A stretch of DNA of 64,000 nucleotides from Candidatus Iainarchaeum sp. (GTDB lineage Archaea > Iainarchaeota > Iainarchaeia > Iainarchaeales > UBA10191), in assembly GCA_030649735.1 (NCBI GenBank), contig JAUSFL010000023.1:32001-96000 (forward strand), read 5' to 3'. The first letter of the stretch is position 1. Every line of letters starts with the position of its first letter. The position numbers were made by a program, and so were the translations under genes. The notes beneath the pieces were generated by a model that saw only the letters and a program-made list of their open reading frames with translations, was not told the DNA's origin and did no database searches. Positions 1 through 9,979 of this stretch are shown here, piece after piece.

Positions 1-2
1 AT

Positions 3-1292
3 TTCAAGGAAGTAGAGCTTGGATTCTCTAAAGAGCAGGCATTAAAGGAAGCCTCGCGCTGCCTGCAATGCGCAGAGCCTTCCTGCATTCAAGGCTGTCC
101 TGCAAAAATCCAAATCAGGGACTTCATCAAGGCATTGCTTGAAGGCAGCAATGGCGAAGCAATTGAAATCATTGAGCAATCCAATTATTTTCCTAAAATC
201 TGCGGCAGAATTTGCCAGCAAGAATTCCAATGCGAAGGAAATTGCATTCTTGCAAAATCAGGCAAGGCAATAAACATTGGCGGCCTGGAAAGATTTGTCG
301 GAGACACTCATTCAACAAGCCTGAAGCCAATCAAGGCCAATGGCCAAAAAGTCGCGGTTGTCGGAAGCGGGCCTTCAGGCCTTACAGTCGCAATCCAATT
401 GAGCCAGCTCGGCTATGACACCACAGTTTTTGACTCAAGCAAGACAATTGGCGGAGTGATAAAGTATGGAGTGCCCGAATTCAGGCTTCCGAAAAAAATC
501 GTTGAAAGCGAATTGCGCAAAATAAAAAAGCTTGGAGTGAAATTTTCAAGAAAGCAGTTCATTGGCTCAGAACAGTCAGTCATTGACTTACTGCACGATG
601 GGTTTGACGCTGTCTTTGTCGGAACTGGAGTCGGAGAGGCAAAAATGCTTGAAATGCCAGGCAAGCAATTGACTGGAATAATTCCCGCAGTCAATTTTTT
701 GATTGCAAAAAACTTGCATGAAAAAAACATGATTGAAAAAGGCGACAAGGTATTGGTAATTGGAGCAGGCTTTGTTGGAATGGACGCGGCAAGGACTGCA
801 ATGCGCTTAGGCGCAAAAGAAGTCACTGTTGCCGCGTTTGAAAGCCCGAAAAAAATGACTTTAGGAATCAAGGAAATCAAGGAAGCGCAGGATGAAGGAA
901 TTTCATTCAAGTACTTGCTTCGCGCTGAAGAATTCTTGGGCGAAGGAATCATTGAGGCAGTAAAGCTAAGAAAGCTCCGCGAGCTTGAAGACGGAACAGT
1001 GATTGACACTGACGATTTCGAAACAATTAAATCAAGCAAAGTGCTCATAGCAATTGGCTTAAGGCCAAGCATTGACGACAAGGTAAAGCAGCCTTTAAGG
1101 ACTGAAGGCGGTAAAATCAATGTTGACGAAAACAACATGACCTCAATTGAAGGGATTTTTGCGGCAGGCGACGCAGTCACTGGCCCAAAAACAGTAATTG
1201 CCGCAATTGCAGCAGCAAAAAAAGCCGCTCTTTCAATGCACACTTTTTTGCAAAAGAAAGATTTGGAAAAAAAAGGTGGAAAAAATGCCTAA
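3..1292 (+). CDS. NAD(P)H-dependent Fe-S flavoprotein (NfnB/SudA/GltD-like), 5' truncated by window
   Basis: Frame open from nt 3 (EASRCLQCAEPSCIQGCP); CGRIC Fe-S motif; GSGPSG and GAGFVG Rossmann motifs; FAAGDAVTGP; stop overlaps HMGR start. Confidence 0.85.
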   Translation, partial: FKEVELGFSKEQALKEASRCLQCAEPSCIQGCPAKIQIRDFIKALLEGSNGEAIEIIEQSNYFPKICGRICQQEFQCEGNCILAKSGKAINIGGLERFVGDTHSTSLKPIKANGQKVAVVGSGPSGLTVAIQLSQLGYDTTVFDSSKTIGGVIKYGVPEFRLPKKIVESELRKIKKLGVKFSRKQFIGSEQSVIDLLHDGFDAVFVGTGVGEAKMLEMPGKQLTGIIPAVNFLIAKNLHEKNMIEKGDKVLVIGAGFVGMDAARTAMRLGAKEVTVAAFESPKKMTLGIKEIKEAQDEGISFKYLLRAEEFLGEGIIEAVKLRKLRELEDGTVIDTDDFETIKSSKVLIAIGLRPSIDDKVKQPLRTEGGKINVDENNMTSIEGIFAAGDAVTGPKTVIAAIAAAKKAALSMHTFLQKKDLEKKGGKNA

Positions 1293-2568
1293 GACTTCCG
1301 CACTTCAAGAATTTTACAAGAAAACATTGGATGAGCGTTTGCAAATCCTCAAGGAAACAACTGGGCTTTCAGACGAAGACCTTGCACAGCTCAAAAAGTA
1401 TTCTGCGCTTGATTTCGAAACAGCAAATCGCATGATAGAAAATGTAATTGGAACTTTCGCGCTTCCTTTTGGCATTGCAACAAACTTCATAATCAATGGC
1501 CGCGAGCTTTTGATTCCAATGGCAATTGAAGAGCCAAGCGTTATTGCCGCAGCCTCCAATGCCGCAAAGCTCTCGCGCTCTACCGGCGGCTTCAAAGCAA
1601 AAGCTTCAGATCCAATAATGATTGGTCAAATTCTCTTGGTCAATGCAAAAAACCCTGAAAAGGCAATCAAGGAATTAATGATCAACAAGCAAAAGCTCAT
1701 TGAGTTTGCAAACTCTAAAGACCCAGTGCTTTGCAAAATCACTGGCGGAGCAAAAGACTTACAAGTCCGCAAACTGCACAAAATGCTAGTGGTTCACTTG
1801 CTTGTGAATTGCGGCGACGCAATGGGAGCAAACGCAGTCAACACAATGCTTGAAGGAATTGCGCCAAAAATTGAGGAATTGACTGGCGCAATAGCGCGCG
1901 CTAAAATACTCTCCAACCTTGCAGTCCACAGGACAGTGCATGCAGAATGCATTTGGAGCAAAAAAGAGCTTGAAGAAAGCACCAAAGGGCAAGTGAAAGG
2001 AGAAGACGTTGTTGAAGCAATCCTTCAAATGTTTGACTTTGCAGAGCAAGACCCTTTCCGCGCAACAACTCACAATAAGGGAATAATGAACGGCATTGAC
2101 GCAGTAGTCCTTGCAACTGGAAATGACTGGCGCGCAATAGAAGCCGGAGCGCATTCTTTCGCTTCTTTCGGAAAGCACCAATATTCTTCCCTTACAAAAT
2201 ACTCCAAAACAAAAGAAGGAGACTTGCAGGGAGAAATAAACATTCCAATGGCAGTAGGCCTTGTCGGCGGCGCAACAAAAACCCACCCGATCGCAAAAAT
2301 TTCTTTGAAAATCCTTGACGTGCAAACAGCAAGCGAGCTTGCAGAAATCATTGCCTCTGTTGGCCTGGCGCAAAACTTTGCAGCAATCCGCGCCCTGGCA
2401 ACCGAAGGAATACAGGCAGGCCACATGAAACTTCATGCAAAAAACGTTGCAGTAAACGCCGGGGCTTCCAAGGAAATGGTTGACAAGATTGCAGAGCAAA
2501 TGATTGCTGAAAAAAGCGTTAACGCGCAGCGCGCGCAAGAATTGCTGAAACAATACCAAAACAAATAA
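1285..2568 (+). CDS. mvaA: HMG-CoA reductase, class II (bacterial type)
   Basis: ENVIG, EEPSVIAA, DAMGAN, HNKGIMNG, GIQAGHM motifs; ATG 1285 preceded by GGTGG. Confidence 0.93.
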   Translation: MPKTSALQEFYKKTLDERLQILKETTGLSDEDLAQLKKYSALDFETANRMIENVIGTFALPFGIATNFIINGRELLIPMAIEEPSVIAAASNAAKLSRSTGGFKAKASDPIMIGQILLVNAKNPEKAIKELMINKQKLIEFANSKDPVLCKITGGAKDLQVRKLHKMLVVHLLVNCGDAMGANAVNTMLEGIAPKIEELTGAIARAKILSNLAVHRTVHAECIWSKKELEESTKGQVKGEDVVEAILQMFDFAEQDPFRATTHNKGIMNGIDAVVLATGNDWRAIEAGAHSFASFGKHQYSSLTKYSKTKEGDLQGEINIPMAVGLVGGATKTHPIAKISLKILDVQTASELAEIIASVGLAQNFAAIRALATEGIQAGHMKLHAKNVAVNAGASKEMVDKIAEQMIAEKSVNAQRAQELLKQYQNK

Positions 2569-2609
2569 TAAGAATCTTTGAGTAAGTTTTAGGAAAATTG
2601 GTGAAATAA

Positions 2610-3656
2610 TTGGAAAAAATAGGAATTGTCGGTTACGGAGCATACATTCCAAAATTCAGGATCAAGGCAGAAGCCATTGCTGAAGTTTGGGGCGAAAACG
2701 CCGATAAAATCAAGGCAGGCCTTGGGCTTACGGAAAAGTCATTGCCTGCAAAAGACGAAGACACTACAACAATCAGCGTTCAAGCAGCACGCAATGCGCT
2801 GCTCCGTGCTGGAATTGTTGGAAAAAAAATTGGCGCATTATACATTGGCTCTGAATCACACCCTTACGCTGTAAAGCCGACTGCTGCAACAGTCGCTGAC
2901 GCAATTCAGGCCGGCTTTGACACAATGGCTGCAGACACTGAATTTGCCTGCAAGGCTGGAAGCGCCGCAATTCAAATGGTTGCTGGCTTAGTAAAGAGTG
3001 AAATGATAGAGTATGGAATGGCAATTGGCTCTGACACTTCACAATCATCCCAAGGAAATGCATTGGAATATTCAGCAGCTTCTGGTGGCGCAGCATTTAT
3101 TTTAGGCCGCGAAAAAAAAGAGATTATTGCAGAATTGGAAAAAACTCTTTCTTTCACTAGTGACACTCCGGACTTTTGGCGCAGAGGTTTGCAGGAAACT
3201 CCAGAGCATGCTGGAAGATTTACTGGAGAACCTGCTTACATGAAGCATGTTTTGGGGGCAACTCAAATGATTCTTTCAGAAACAAACTCAAAGCCGTCAG
3301 ACTTTGACTATGCAGTATTCCACATGCCTAATGGAAAGTTTCCATTACAGGCTGCAAAAAAGCTTGGATTTTCAACAGAGCAAGTAAAGCCTGGATTGGT
3401 TGTTTCAAAAATTGGCAATACTTATTCTGGCTCTTCGCTTTTAGGACTCTCTAGTGTTTTGGACATTGCAAAAGCAGGCCAGAAAATTCTTGTTACAAGT
3501 TATGGTTCTGGCTCTGGAAGCGATTCTTTCATTTTCAAGACAACAAAGCGTTTGGAAGAAGTGCAAGACAAGGCAAAAAAAACAGAAGATTACGTTGCCC
3601 GAAAAGAATATGTTGGATATTCAAAATACAGGCAGCACATGGCAATGGTAGTGTGA
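2610..3656 (+). CDS. HMG-CoA synthase (archaeal type)
   Basis: GSESHPYAVKP, EFACKAG catalytic Cys, HMPNGKFP, GNTYSGS; TTG start after GGTGA. Confidence 0.93.
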   Translation: MEKIGIVGYGAYIPKFRIKAEAIAEVWGENADKIKAGLGLTEKSLPAKDEDTTTISVQAARNALLRAGIVGKKIGALYIGSESHPYAVKPTAATVADAIQAGFDTMAADTEFACKAGSAAIQMVAGLVKSEMIEYGMAIGSDTSQSSQGNALEYSAASGGAAFILGREKKEIIAELEKTLSFTSDTPDFWRRGLQETPEHAGRFTGEPAYMKHVLGATQMILSETNSKPSDFDYAVFHMPNGKFPLQAAKKLGFSTEQVKPGLVVSKIGNTYSGSSLLGLSSVLDIAKAGQKILVTSYGSGSGSDSFIFKTTKRLEEVQDKAKKTEDYVARKEYVGYSKYRQHMAMVV

Positions 3657-3661
3657 AATTT

Positions 3662-3931
3662 ATGGATAAGAAGAAAATTATTGTTTTTTTGGCTTTGACA
3701 ATTTTGATTCTTATACTCTTTGAAATTATATTTTCGGTTTCAAATTATAGCTTAGTTTCAGGATTTAGTTCACAAAGGGGTTTTCCATTTCCTTACTACG
3801 CAGAATTACCTTGCTCTTCGAGGGAAGATTCCTTAATGTGCAGAGAATATGCATTTCTAGTTGTGGATATTGCAATTGCCGCGATTATTTCTGCTGGCGT
3901 GACTTTTTTAATTATGAGGCATTCTAAATGA
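3662..3931 (+). CDS. Small two-TM membrane protein (GFPF motif, Cys pair)
   Basis: Two hydrophobic segments; fills gap between HMGS and thiolase, stop overlaps thiolase start. Confidence 0.65.
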   Translation: MDKKKIIVFLALTILILILFEIIFSVSNYSLVSGFSSQRGFPFPYYAELPCSSREDSLMCREYAFLVVDIAIAAIISAGVTFLIMRHSK

Positions 3932-5079
3932 AAATTGGAGTCATTGGAACTGGTTTGACAAAGTTTGGCGAAATTTGGGACAAGTCGCTCCGTGACCTTT
4001 TGGCAGAAGCGCAGCTAAAGTCTTTGGAAGAGGCAGGAATTTCTCCAAAAGACATTGAAATGATTTTTACAGGCAACATGTGCGCTGGCGCTTTAAGCGG
4101 TCAATTGCACATTGGCGCAATGGCTGCAGAAAACCTGCGATTAAATGTTCCGTCAACTCGAGTTGAAGGCGCTTGCGCTTCTGGAGCATTGGCAATAAGG
4201 GCAGGAATTGCTGCAATCGAATCTGGAGCCGCAAAAATAGTTCAAGTGAATGGCGTTGAAAAAATGACTGATGTTTCAACAGAGCAAGTGACCACTGCCT
4301 TGATGGGCGCTGGAGACGAGGAAGTTGAAGGATTTCAAGGAGCGACTTTTCCTGCACTTTACGCTTTAATGGCGCGCGCTTACATGCAAGAGTTTGGCTT
4401 GACTCGCGAAGAGCTTGCTGCAGTTCCTGTGAAAAGCCACAAGCACGGTTCAATGAATCCAATAGCCCAGTACCAGAAAGAGCTTTCAATTGATGACGTG
4501 ATTAATGCCTCAATGGTTTCAGACCCGCTCACGCTAATGGATTGCTCCCCAATAACTGACGGTGCTTCTTCAATAATCCTTGCCACTGAAAGCATTGCAA
4601 AAAAATTGAACAATGATGCTGTCTGGGTTGTGGGAAGCGGACAGGCTTCTGACACTCTTGCTCTTTCAAACCGCGACTCGCTCAGCGAGATTAAGGCAAC
4701 GCGTTTTGCTGCAGAGCATGCTTTCAAGCAGGCTGGAATTACTGCAAGGGATGTTCACTTGGCTGAAGTGCATGATTGCTTTTCAATTGCAGAGCTTTTG
4801 GCAATTGAAGGATTGGGATTGGCAAAGAAGGGAGAGGCTGGAAAGCACGCTGCAGCAGGCCATCATTACTTTGATTCTAAAATGCCAATCAACACTTGCG
4901 GCGGCTTAAAGTCTTGCGGCCATCCAATTGGAGCGACTGGAGTAAAGCAGGCTGTTGAAATAGTGCATCAATTGCAGAATCGCGCTGGAAAACGCCAAGT
5001 GAAAAAGGCAGAAGTTGGAGTTGCACAAAACGTTGGAGGCACAGGCGCTACTGTAGTAGTGAATGTGTTCAAAAGGTGA
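3928..5079 (+). CDS. Acetyl-CoA acetyltransferase (archaeal thiolase)
   Basis: EGACASG, EVHDCF, GHPIGATG motifs. Confidence 0.93.
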   Translation: MKIGVIGTGLTKFGEIWDKSLRDLLAEAQLKSLEEAGISPKDIEMIFTGNMCAGALSGQLHIGAMAAENLRLNVPSTRVEGACASGALAIRAGIAAIESGAAKIVQVNGVEKMTDVSTEQVTTALMGAGDEEVEGFQGATFPALYALMARAYMQEFGLTREELAAVPVKSHKHGSMNPIAQYQKELSIDDVINASMVSDPLTLMDCSPITDGASSIILATESIAKKLNNDAVWVVGSGQASDTLALSNRDSLSEIKATRFAAEHAFKQAGITARDVHLAEVHDCFSIAELLAIEGLGLAKKGEAGKHAAAGHHYFDSKMPINTCGGLKSCGHPIGATGVKQAVEIVHQLQNRAGKRQVKKAEVGVAQNVGGTGATVVVNVFKR

Positions 5080-5084
5080 AATTA

Positions 5085-5465
5085 ATGCCATTATTCAAGA
5101 AAGCAAGATTGACAAGAGGCCGGCTCTTTGAAAAAGTTGGCGCTTTTTCACAGGCTGGGTCAAGGAATTTTGCAAAAGTTTACACTAAGCAATTGTCTGT
5201 AGCCACTGGCAGGCCTGCAATCGCAAAGTCTTTGGCAAATGAACAAGATAGGTTTTCTCCAGATTATGCCCAAATTTTAAGAAATTTGGGAAAAACTAGG
5301 ATTCGTGGGACTAAAAGAGAAAAAGTTGTCCAAAGAAAAAAGATCGTGAGAGCAATTAGTAAAAAGACTGGTTCTCCTCCAAGGCATTTTGGCCTGGCGT
5401 TAAGGGAATCGAGAATAATTGCCGAAGTCCCGCATCCTACATCAGTCAAAAGGAGGGCTAAATAA
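5085..5465 (+). CDS. Highly basic orphan protein (MPLFKKAR...KRRAK)
   Basis: ATG 5085 with AGGTGA SD; stop overlaps DUF35 start; K/R-rich. Confidence 0.65.
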   Translation: MPLFKKARLTRGRLFEKVGAFSQAGSRNFAKVYTKQLSVATGRPAIAKSLANEQDRFSPDYAQILRNLGKTRIRGTKREKVVQRKKIVRAISKKTGSPPRHFGLALRESRIIAEVPHPTSVKRRAK

Positions 5466-5863
5466 TGTTTCGAAGCACGCCAATAATTCGCTGGAGAAAA
5501 TACCAAGAGCGCTATAATTTGATGGGCGCAAAGTGCGAGAAGTGCGGCAAACTACATTACCCGCAGCCTGCATTATGCACTTGCGGTTCTTCAAAATTCA
5601 TTGCGCACAAGTTCAAGGGAGAAGGCACTTTGCTTTCTTTCACTGACATTGGCTCTGGCCCAGAGGCCTATGCAGAGCATGCGCCTTACTGCCTTGGAAT
5701 AATCCAATTGTCTGAAGGCCCTAAGATTACAAGCCAGCTTTCAGACTGCAAGTTGGAAGACTTGAAGATTGGAATGCAAATGATTGCGACTTTCAGGAAG
5801 TTTTACTCTTCCGGAGAAAAAGGCGCAATTTATTACGGAACAAAATTCACGCCGAAATGGTGA
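5465..5863 (+). CDS. DUF35 Zn-ribbon/OB-fold scaffold of the thiolase-HMGS complex
   Basis: CEKC...CTC Zn ribbon, OB-fold, YGTKF C-terminus; context. Confidence 0.9.
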   Translation: MFRSTPIIRWRKYQERYNLMGAKCEKCGKLHYPQPALCTCGSSKFIAHKFKGEGTLLSFTDIGSGPEAYAEHAPYCLGIIQLSEGPKITSQLSDCKLEDLKIGMQMIATFRKFYSSGEKGAIYYGTKFTPKW

Positions 5864-5924
5864 TTTTTCGTTCATTGTCTTTCAAAAAATAGTTTTTAAT
5901 CATTCATTGCAGTAATTGATTATT

Positions 5925-6923
5925 ATGAAACAAGTCAAGGCTTCAGCTCCGGGAAATCTGTTCTTTGCAGGAGAGCACGCAGTGGTTTACAATTATCCAG
6001 CAATTGTCACTTCCATTGGAAAGCGGACTTTTGTCACAGCTTCTTCAAGAGAAGATATTATAGTTGAAATTGAGAGTAGTGCTTTTGGAATTGCGACAGC
6101 AAAAAACCGCAATGGCCAGTTGATTGAGCGCTCCATGGAAAAGAAAGAATTGAATTCTGTAATGGATTTGTGCGAGAAAGTAATTCAAGACTTCAAGATT
6201 TCTGACGGCTTTTCCTTAAAGATTGAGTCCGAAATTCCAGTAGAGTCTGGAATGTCTTCAAGCACTGCTGTTTTGTGCGCTAGTTTTTGCGCAATCACTG
6301 AATTGTTCGGTCAGCACGTAAAGCCTGAAAAGTATTTTGATTCTTTGTATCCTTTGCAGGTGAAAATTCACGGTGGAAAGGCTTCAGGCGCGGAAATTTA
6401 CTCTTCTTCAGTTGGTGGATTCAACAGGATTCAAAAAGTTGAAGAGAACGGAAAAGTCGTGCAGAAAGTAAAGTCTTTGGGAAAGCAAGAGTTTTCAGTG
6501 GTTATTGGGAACACTAAAGTGCGCGGCCCAACAGCACTTGTTGTTGGAGTTCATCACCCAAGTATAATTAAGAGATTTCCAGAATTAGTTCGGGATTCTT
6601 GGAAAAAAATTGAAAAAATCGTGAAGTCAATGCAGTCAGCAATAAAAAAAGGGGATGTGGTAAAAGTTGGAAAGTTAATGACTGCAAACCAGAAAGTTCT
6701 TTCCAAAATTATGCTTTCTCACCCAAAATTGGACGATTGCATTACTGAAGCCTTGAAGGCCGGTGCTTTAGGAGCAAAGCTTTCTGGCGGAGGCTGGGGC
6801 GGAGTAATGTTTGCCTTAGTGCGCAAGGAAGACGAGGATAAAGTTGCAAAGGCAATTGAAAGCACTGGAAGCGAGGCAATAATTACCGAAATTGGCGGAG
6901 AAGGAGTCAGAGTTGAGGAATAA
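5925..6923 (+). CDS. mvk: Mevalonate kinase (GHMP)
   Basis: APG..GEHAVVY, PVESGMSSS, KLSGGGWGG. Confidence 0.88.
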   Translation: MKQVKASAPGNLFFAGEHAVVYNYPAIVTSIGKRTFVTASSREDIIVEIESSAFGIATAKNRNGQLIERSMEKKELNSVMDLCEKVIQDFKISDGFSLKIESEIPVESGMSSSTAVLCASFCAITELFGQHVKPEKYFDSLYPLQVKIHGGKASGAEIYSSSVGGFNRIQKVEENGKVVQKVKSLGKQEFSVVIGNTKVRGPTALVVGVHHPSIIKRFPELVRDSWKKIEKIVKSMQSAIKKGDVVKVGKLMTANQKVLSKIMLSHPKLDDCITEALKAGALGAKLSGGGWGGVMFALVRKEDEDKVAKAIESTGSEAIITEIGGEGVRVEE

Positions 6924-6932
6924 TTTGATATT

Positions 6933-7490
6933 ATGAAAAAGAAAATTATCGTTGGAATTACTGGCGCTTCTGGAATAGAATACGCTATCGAGTTCTTGAA
7001 GGGACTGAAAGAGCGCAAGGAAATAGAGACTCACTTGATAATTAGCGAGGCCGCAAAGAAAGTTCTCGAAATAGAGACCGAATTCAAAAGCAAGGATCTG
7101 GAAAAGCTTGTTGACTTTGTTTACGACAACAAAAACATGGCTGCTTCAGTAAGTTCTTCGAGCTTTAAGATTGATTCAATGATTGTAATTCCAGCTTCTG
7201 TGAAAACCTGCTCTGCAATAGCGAATGCTTACACTGACGAATTGATTGTGCGCTGCGCTGATAACATGTTAAAGTTTAAGAAAAAATTAGTTGTTTGTAT
7301 TAGAGAAACGCCATTAAGTTCCGCTTGCCTGAAAAATTTGCACGAGCTTTCACTGATGGGTGCAGTTGTGATGCCTTTAAGTCCTGGCTTTTATTTGAAT
7401 CCAAAGTCTAAAAAAGACTTAATCTTTTTTATGATTGGTAAGTGCCTTGATTCTTTGGAAATTGACAATGACTTCAAAAGGTGGAAATAA
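6933..7490 (+). CDS. ubiX: Flavin prenyltransferase
   Basis: GITGASG, IRETPL, PGFY. Confidence 0.92.
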   Translation: MKKKIIVGITGASGIEYAIEFLKGLKERKEIETHLIISEAAKKVLEIETEFKSKDLEKLVDFVYDNKNMAASVSSSSFKIDSMIVIPASVKTCSAIANAYTDELIVRCADNMLKFKKKLVVCIRETPLSSACLKNLHELSLMGAVVMPLSPGFYLNPKSKKDLIFFMIGKCLDSLEIDNDFKRWK

Positions 7491-8794
7491 TGGGTTTTAG
7501 GGATTATTTGCAAAAGCTTGAAAAGTCTCACAAGTTGCAAAAAATTAGCGCGTCTGTTTCAAAGCATTTGGAAGCTTCAGGGATTCTAAAAGCCATTGAG
7601 CCTAAGGCAGTTCTTTTTGAAAAAATCAAAGAAAGCAATTTTAAAGTGGCTGGAAATGTTTTTCCGACAAAAGATTCAATAGCCGATTATGTGGGTTGCG
7701 AGACAAGTGAATTGATTTCAACAATCAATAAAGCAATCTCTAACATGAAAGCCCCTGAGGAAACAAAGAATGCAAAATGCCAGGAAGTCGTTGAAGAAAT
7801 CGTTGACCTTGATAAATTGCCTATTTTATTCCATTGTGCGCATGATGGTGGAAATTACATAAGCTCTGGGATTGTTGTTTCAAAAGACAAAGAATTCGGG
7901 CAAAACCTTGACTTTCACAGGATGATGCAGATTGGAAAGAATAAGTTTTCAGTAAGGATTGTTAAAGAGCGAAATTTTGACACTTTCTTGAAGAAAAACG
8001 GCGAAATGGACATTGCTGTTTGCATAGGAAACGGAGCAAATGTTCTGGTTGCTGCTGCAACTTCAATAGAAATTGGAAAAAACGAGCTTGGAATTGCAAA
8101 TGCGCTAGAGCCTTTGACAGTCACTCGCGCTAAAACTTCGGACTTGCTTATCCCTTCAGACTGCGAGTTTGTGATTGAAGGAAGGATTGTGCTTGAAGAA
8201 AAGGCAAATGAAGGTCCGTTTGTTGACTTGACTGAAACTCTTGATGTTGTAAGGCAAGAGCCAGTTCTTACAGTAAAAAAAATAACCCACAGGAAAGACG
8301 CAATCTGGCAGGCACTGCTTCCAGGTGCATTAGAGCACAAGGTTTTGATGGGAATGCCGCGCGAACCCACAATTTTCAAGAAAGTCAACGAGGCAGGAGT
8401 GAAATGCATTGATGTTAATGTAAATCCTGGAGGCTGCAGCTGGTTGCATGCTATTGTGAAGATCGACAAGCAAAATGAAGACGATGGAAAAAAGGCAATT
8501 GACGCTGCATTTGAAGGCCATAAGAGCTGCAAGCATATTTTTATTGTCGACAAGGACATTGACATTTACAATCCATTGGATGTGGAGTGGGCAATGGCAA
8601 CGCGCTTTCAGGCAGATGTGGACTTTAAAATGAAAGCCAGGGAAAAAGGCTCAAGCCTTGATCCAAGCGCTGATCCTGAAACCCACTTTACCACAAAATG
8701 TGGTTTGGACTGCACTGCATCCTTGCAGGTCAAAGGAAAGAATTTTTCCAAAGAGCCTTTCCCGCAGGTTGACTTGAAAAAGTATTTGAAGTGA
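7490..8794 (+). CDS. UbiD-family prFMN decarboxylase, likely anhydromevalonate phosphate decarboxylase
   Basis: FHRM, EGPFVD, VEWAMATRFQAD, SSLDPS; MVA context. Confidence 0.88.
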   Translation: MGFRDYLQKLEKSHKLQKISASVSKHLEASGILKAIEPKAVLFEKIKESNFKVAGNVFPTKDSIADYVGCETSELISTINKAISNMKAPEETKNAKCQEVVEEIVDLDKLPILFHCAHDGGNYISSGIVVSKDKEFGQNLDFHRMMQIGKNKFSVRIVKERNFDTFLKKNGEMDIAVCIGNGANVLVAAATSIEIGKNELGIANALEPLTVTRAKTSDLLIPSDCEFVIEGRIVLEEKANEGPFVDLTETLDVVRQEPVLTVKKITHRKDAIWQALLPGALEHKVLMGMPREPTIFKKVNEAGVKCIDVNVNPGGCSWLHAIVKIDKQNEDDGKKAIDAAFEGHKSCKHIFIVDKDIDIYNPLDVEWAMATRFQADVDFKMKAREKGSSLDPSADPETHFTTKCGLDCTASLQVKGKNFSKEPFPQVDLKKYLK

Positions 8795-8800
8795 TTTGAA

Positions 8801-9979
8801 ATGAAACTGACTGCTGACGAAAAGAAAATGCTTGCAGGCAAGCACGGGAATGCAGTAAAGAAGTCAATGGAAATTCTAGTGGCGCTTGGAGAGATTTTTG
8901 GAGCTAAAAGGCTGATTGATGTTGCAAGCGTTCAGGTTGCTGGAGTAAGCTATCATAATTTGGGCGATGCTGGATTGGAATTCTTGGAAGAGCTTGCAAA
9001 GGATGGCAAAGTCAAAGTATTGACTACTTTGAATCCTGCAGGAATGGACTTGGAAAACTGGAAGAACTTGGGAATTTCCCCAGAGTTTGCCGAAAAGCAA
9101 AAGAAAGTTATTGATGCCTTTGAAAAATTAGGCGTTGTAACAACTTGCACTTGCACTCCTTATTTTGTGGGAAACTTGCCGCGATTTGGAGAGCACATTG
9201 CATGGAGCGAAAGCAGTGCTGTCGCATTTTCAAATTCTATTATTGGGGCGTTCACAAACAAGGAGGGTGGACCAAGTGCTTTGGCTGCTGCATTGACTGG
9301 AAAAACTCCTGAATATGGTCTGCATTTGAAAGAAAACAGACAAGCTCAAGTCTTAGTAAATGTAAAAGCAAGGCTTGAAGGAACGCGGGATTTTGGGGCA
9401 TTAGGTTATGCGATTGGAAAAAAGATTGGCACAAAAATTCCATTGATTAAAGGAATTAAGAAAGCAAGCATTGAAGAACTGAAAAATTTCAGCGCGAGCA
9501 TTGCAACTTACGGCGGAACCGGGCTTTATCATATTGCGGGCATTACTCCTGCAAAAACACAAGCCCCTAAGGAAATAGTTTCAATAGGCGAATCAGACAT
9601 TGAAGCCGCAAAAACAGCATTAAATGACGCGGTTGAAGGTGAAATTGACCTTGTTGCAATAGGCTGCCCGCATTGCTCAATTAAAGAATTGCAAAATATT
9701 GCAAAGCTTTTGAAAGGGAAGAAAGTTAAAAAGGAAATTTGGATTTGCGTTGCAAGACCAGTGAAAAGCATTGCTGACAAAATGGGATATTCAAAAACAA
9801 TTGAAGAGTCAGGGGCAAAATTTGCATGCGACACTTGCATGGCAGTCGCTCCGTTGAAAGGCAGGTTTAAGGGGCTGGCTACAGACTCTGCCAAGGGCTG
9901 TTTTTATGGCAGGGGCAGCAATTCTTTCAAGACAAAATTTTGCACAATGGAAGAATGCATTCAAGAGGCGATTGAATGA
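8801..9979 (+). CDS. Aconitase X large subunit (phosphomevalonate dehydratase)
   Basis: TTLNP, TCTPY, AWSESSA, GCPH, DTC Fe-S ligands. Confidence 0.9.
   Translation: MKLTADEKKMLAGKHGNAVKKSMEILVALGEIFGAKRLIDVASVQVAGVSYHNLGDAGLEFLEELAKDGKVKVLTTLNPAGMDLENWKNLGISPEFAEKQKKVIDAFEKLGVVTTCTCTPYFVGNLPRFGEHIAWSESSAVAFSNSIIGAFTNKEGGPSALAAALTGKTPEYGLHLKENRQAQVLVNVKARLEGTRDFGALGYAIGKKIGTKIPLIKGIKKASIEELKNFSASIATYGGTGLYHIAGITPAKTQAPKEIVSIGESDIEAAKTALNDAVEGEIDLVAIGCPHCSIKELQNIAKLLKGKKVKKEIWICVARPVKSIADKMGYSKTIEESGAKFACDTCMAVAPLKGRFKGLATDSAKGCFYGRGSNSFKTKFCTMEECIQEAIE

Noticed and set aside
413-1243. Long antisense ORFs (also 1786-2652, 7915-8565, 55565-56191 and others)
   Set aside because: Shadows of well-supported genes on the opposite strand, with no motifs.
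1198-1284. N-terminal extension of HMGR in the ORF track
   Set aside because: Overlaps the upstream gene; ATG 1285 has an SD and matches the expected start.
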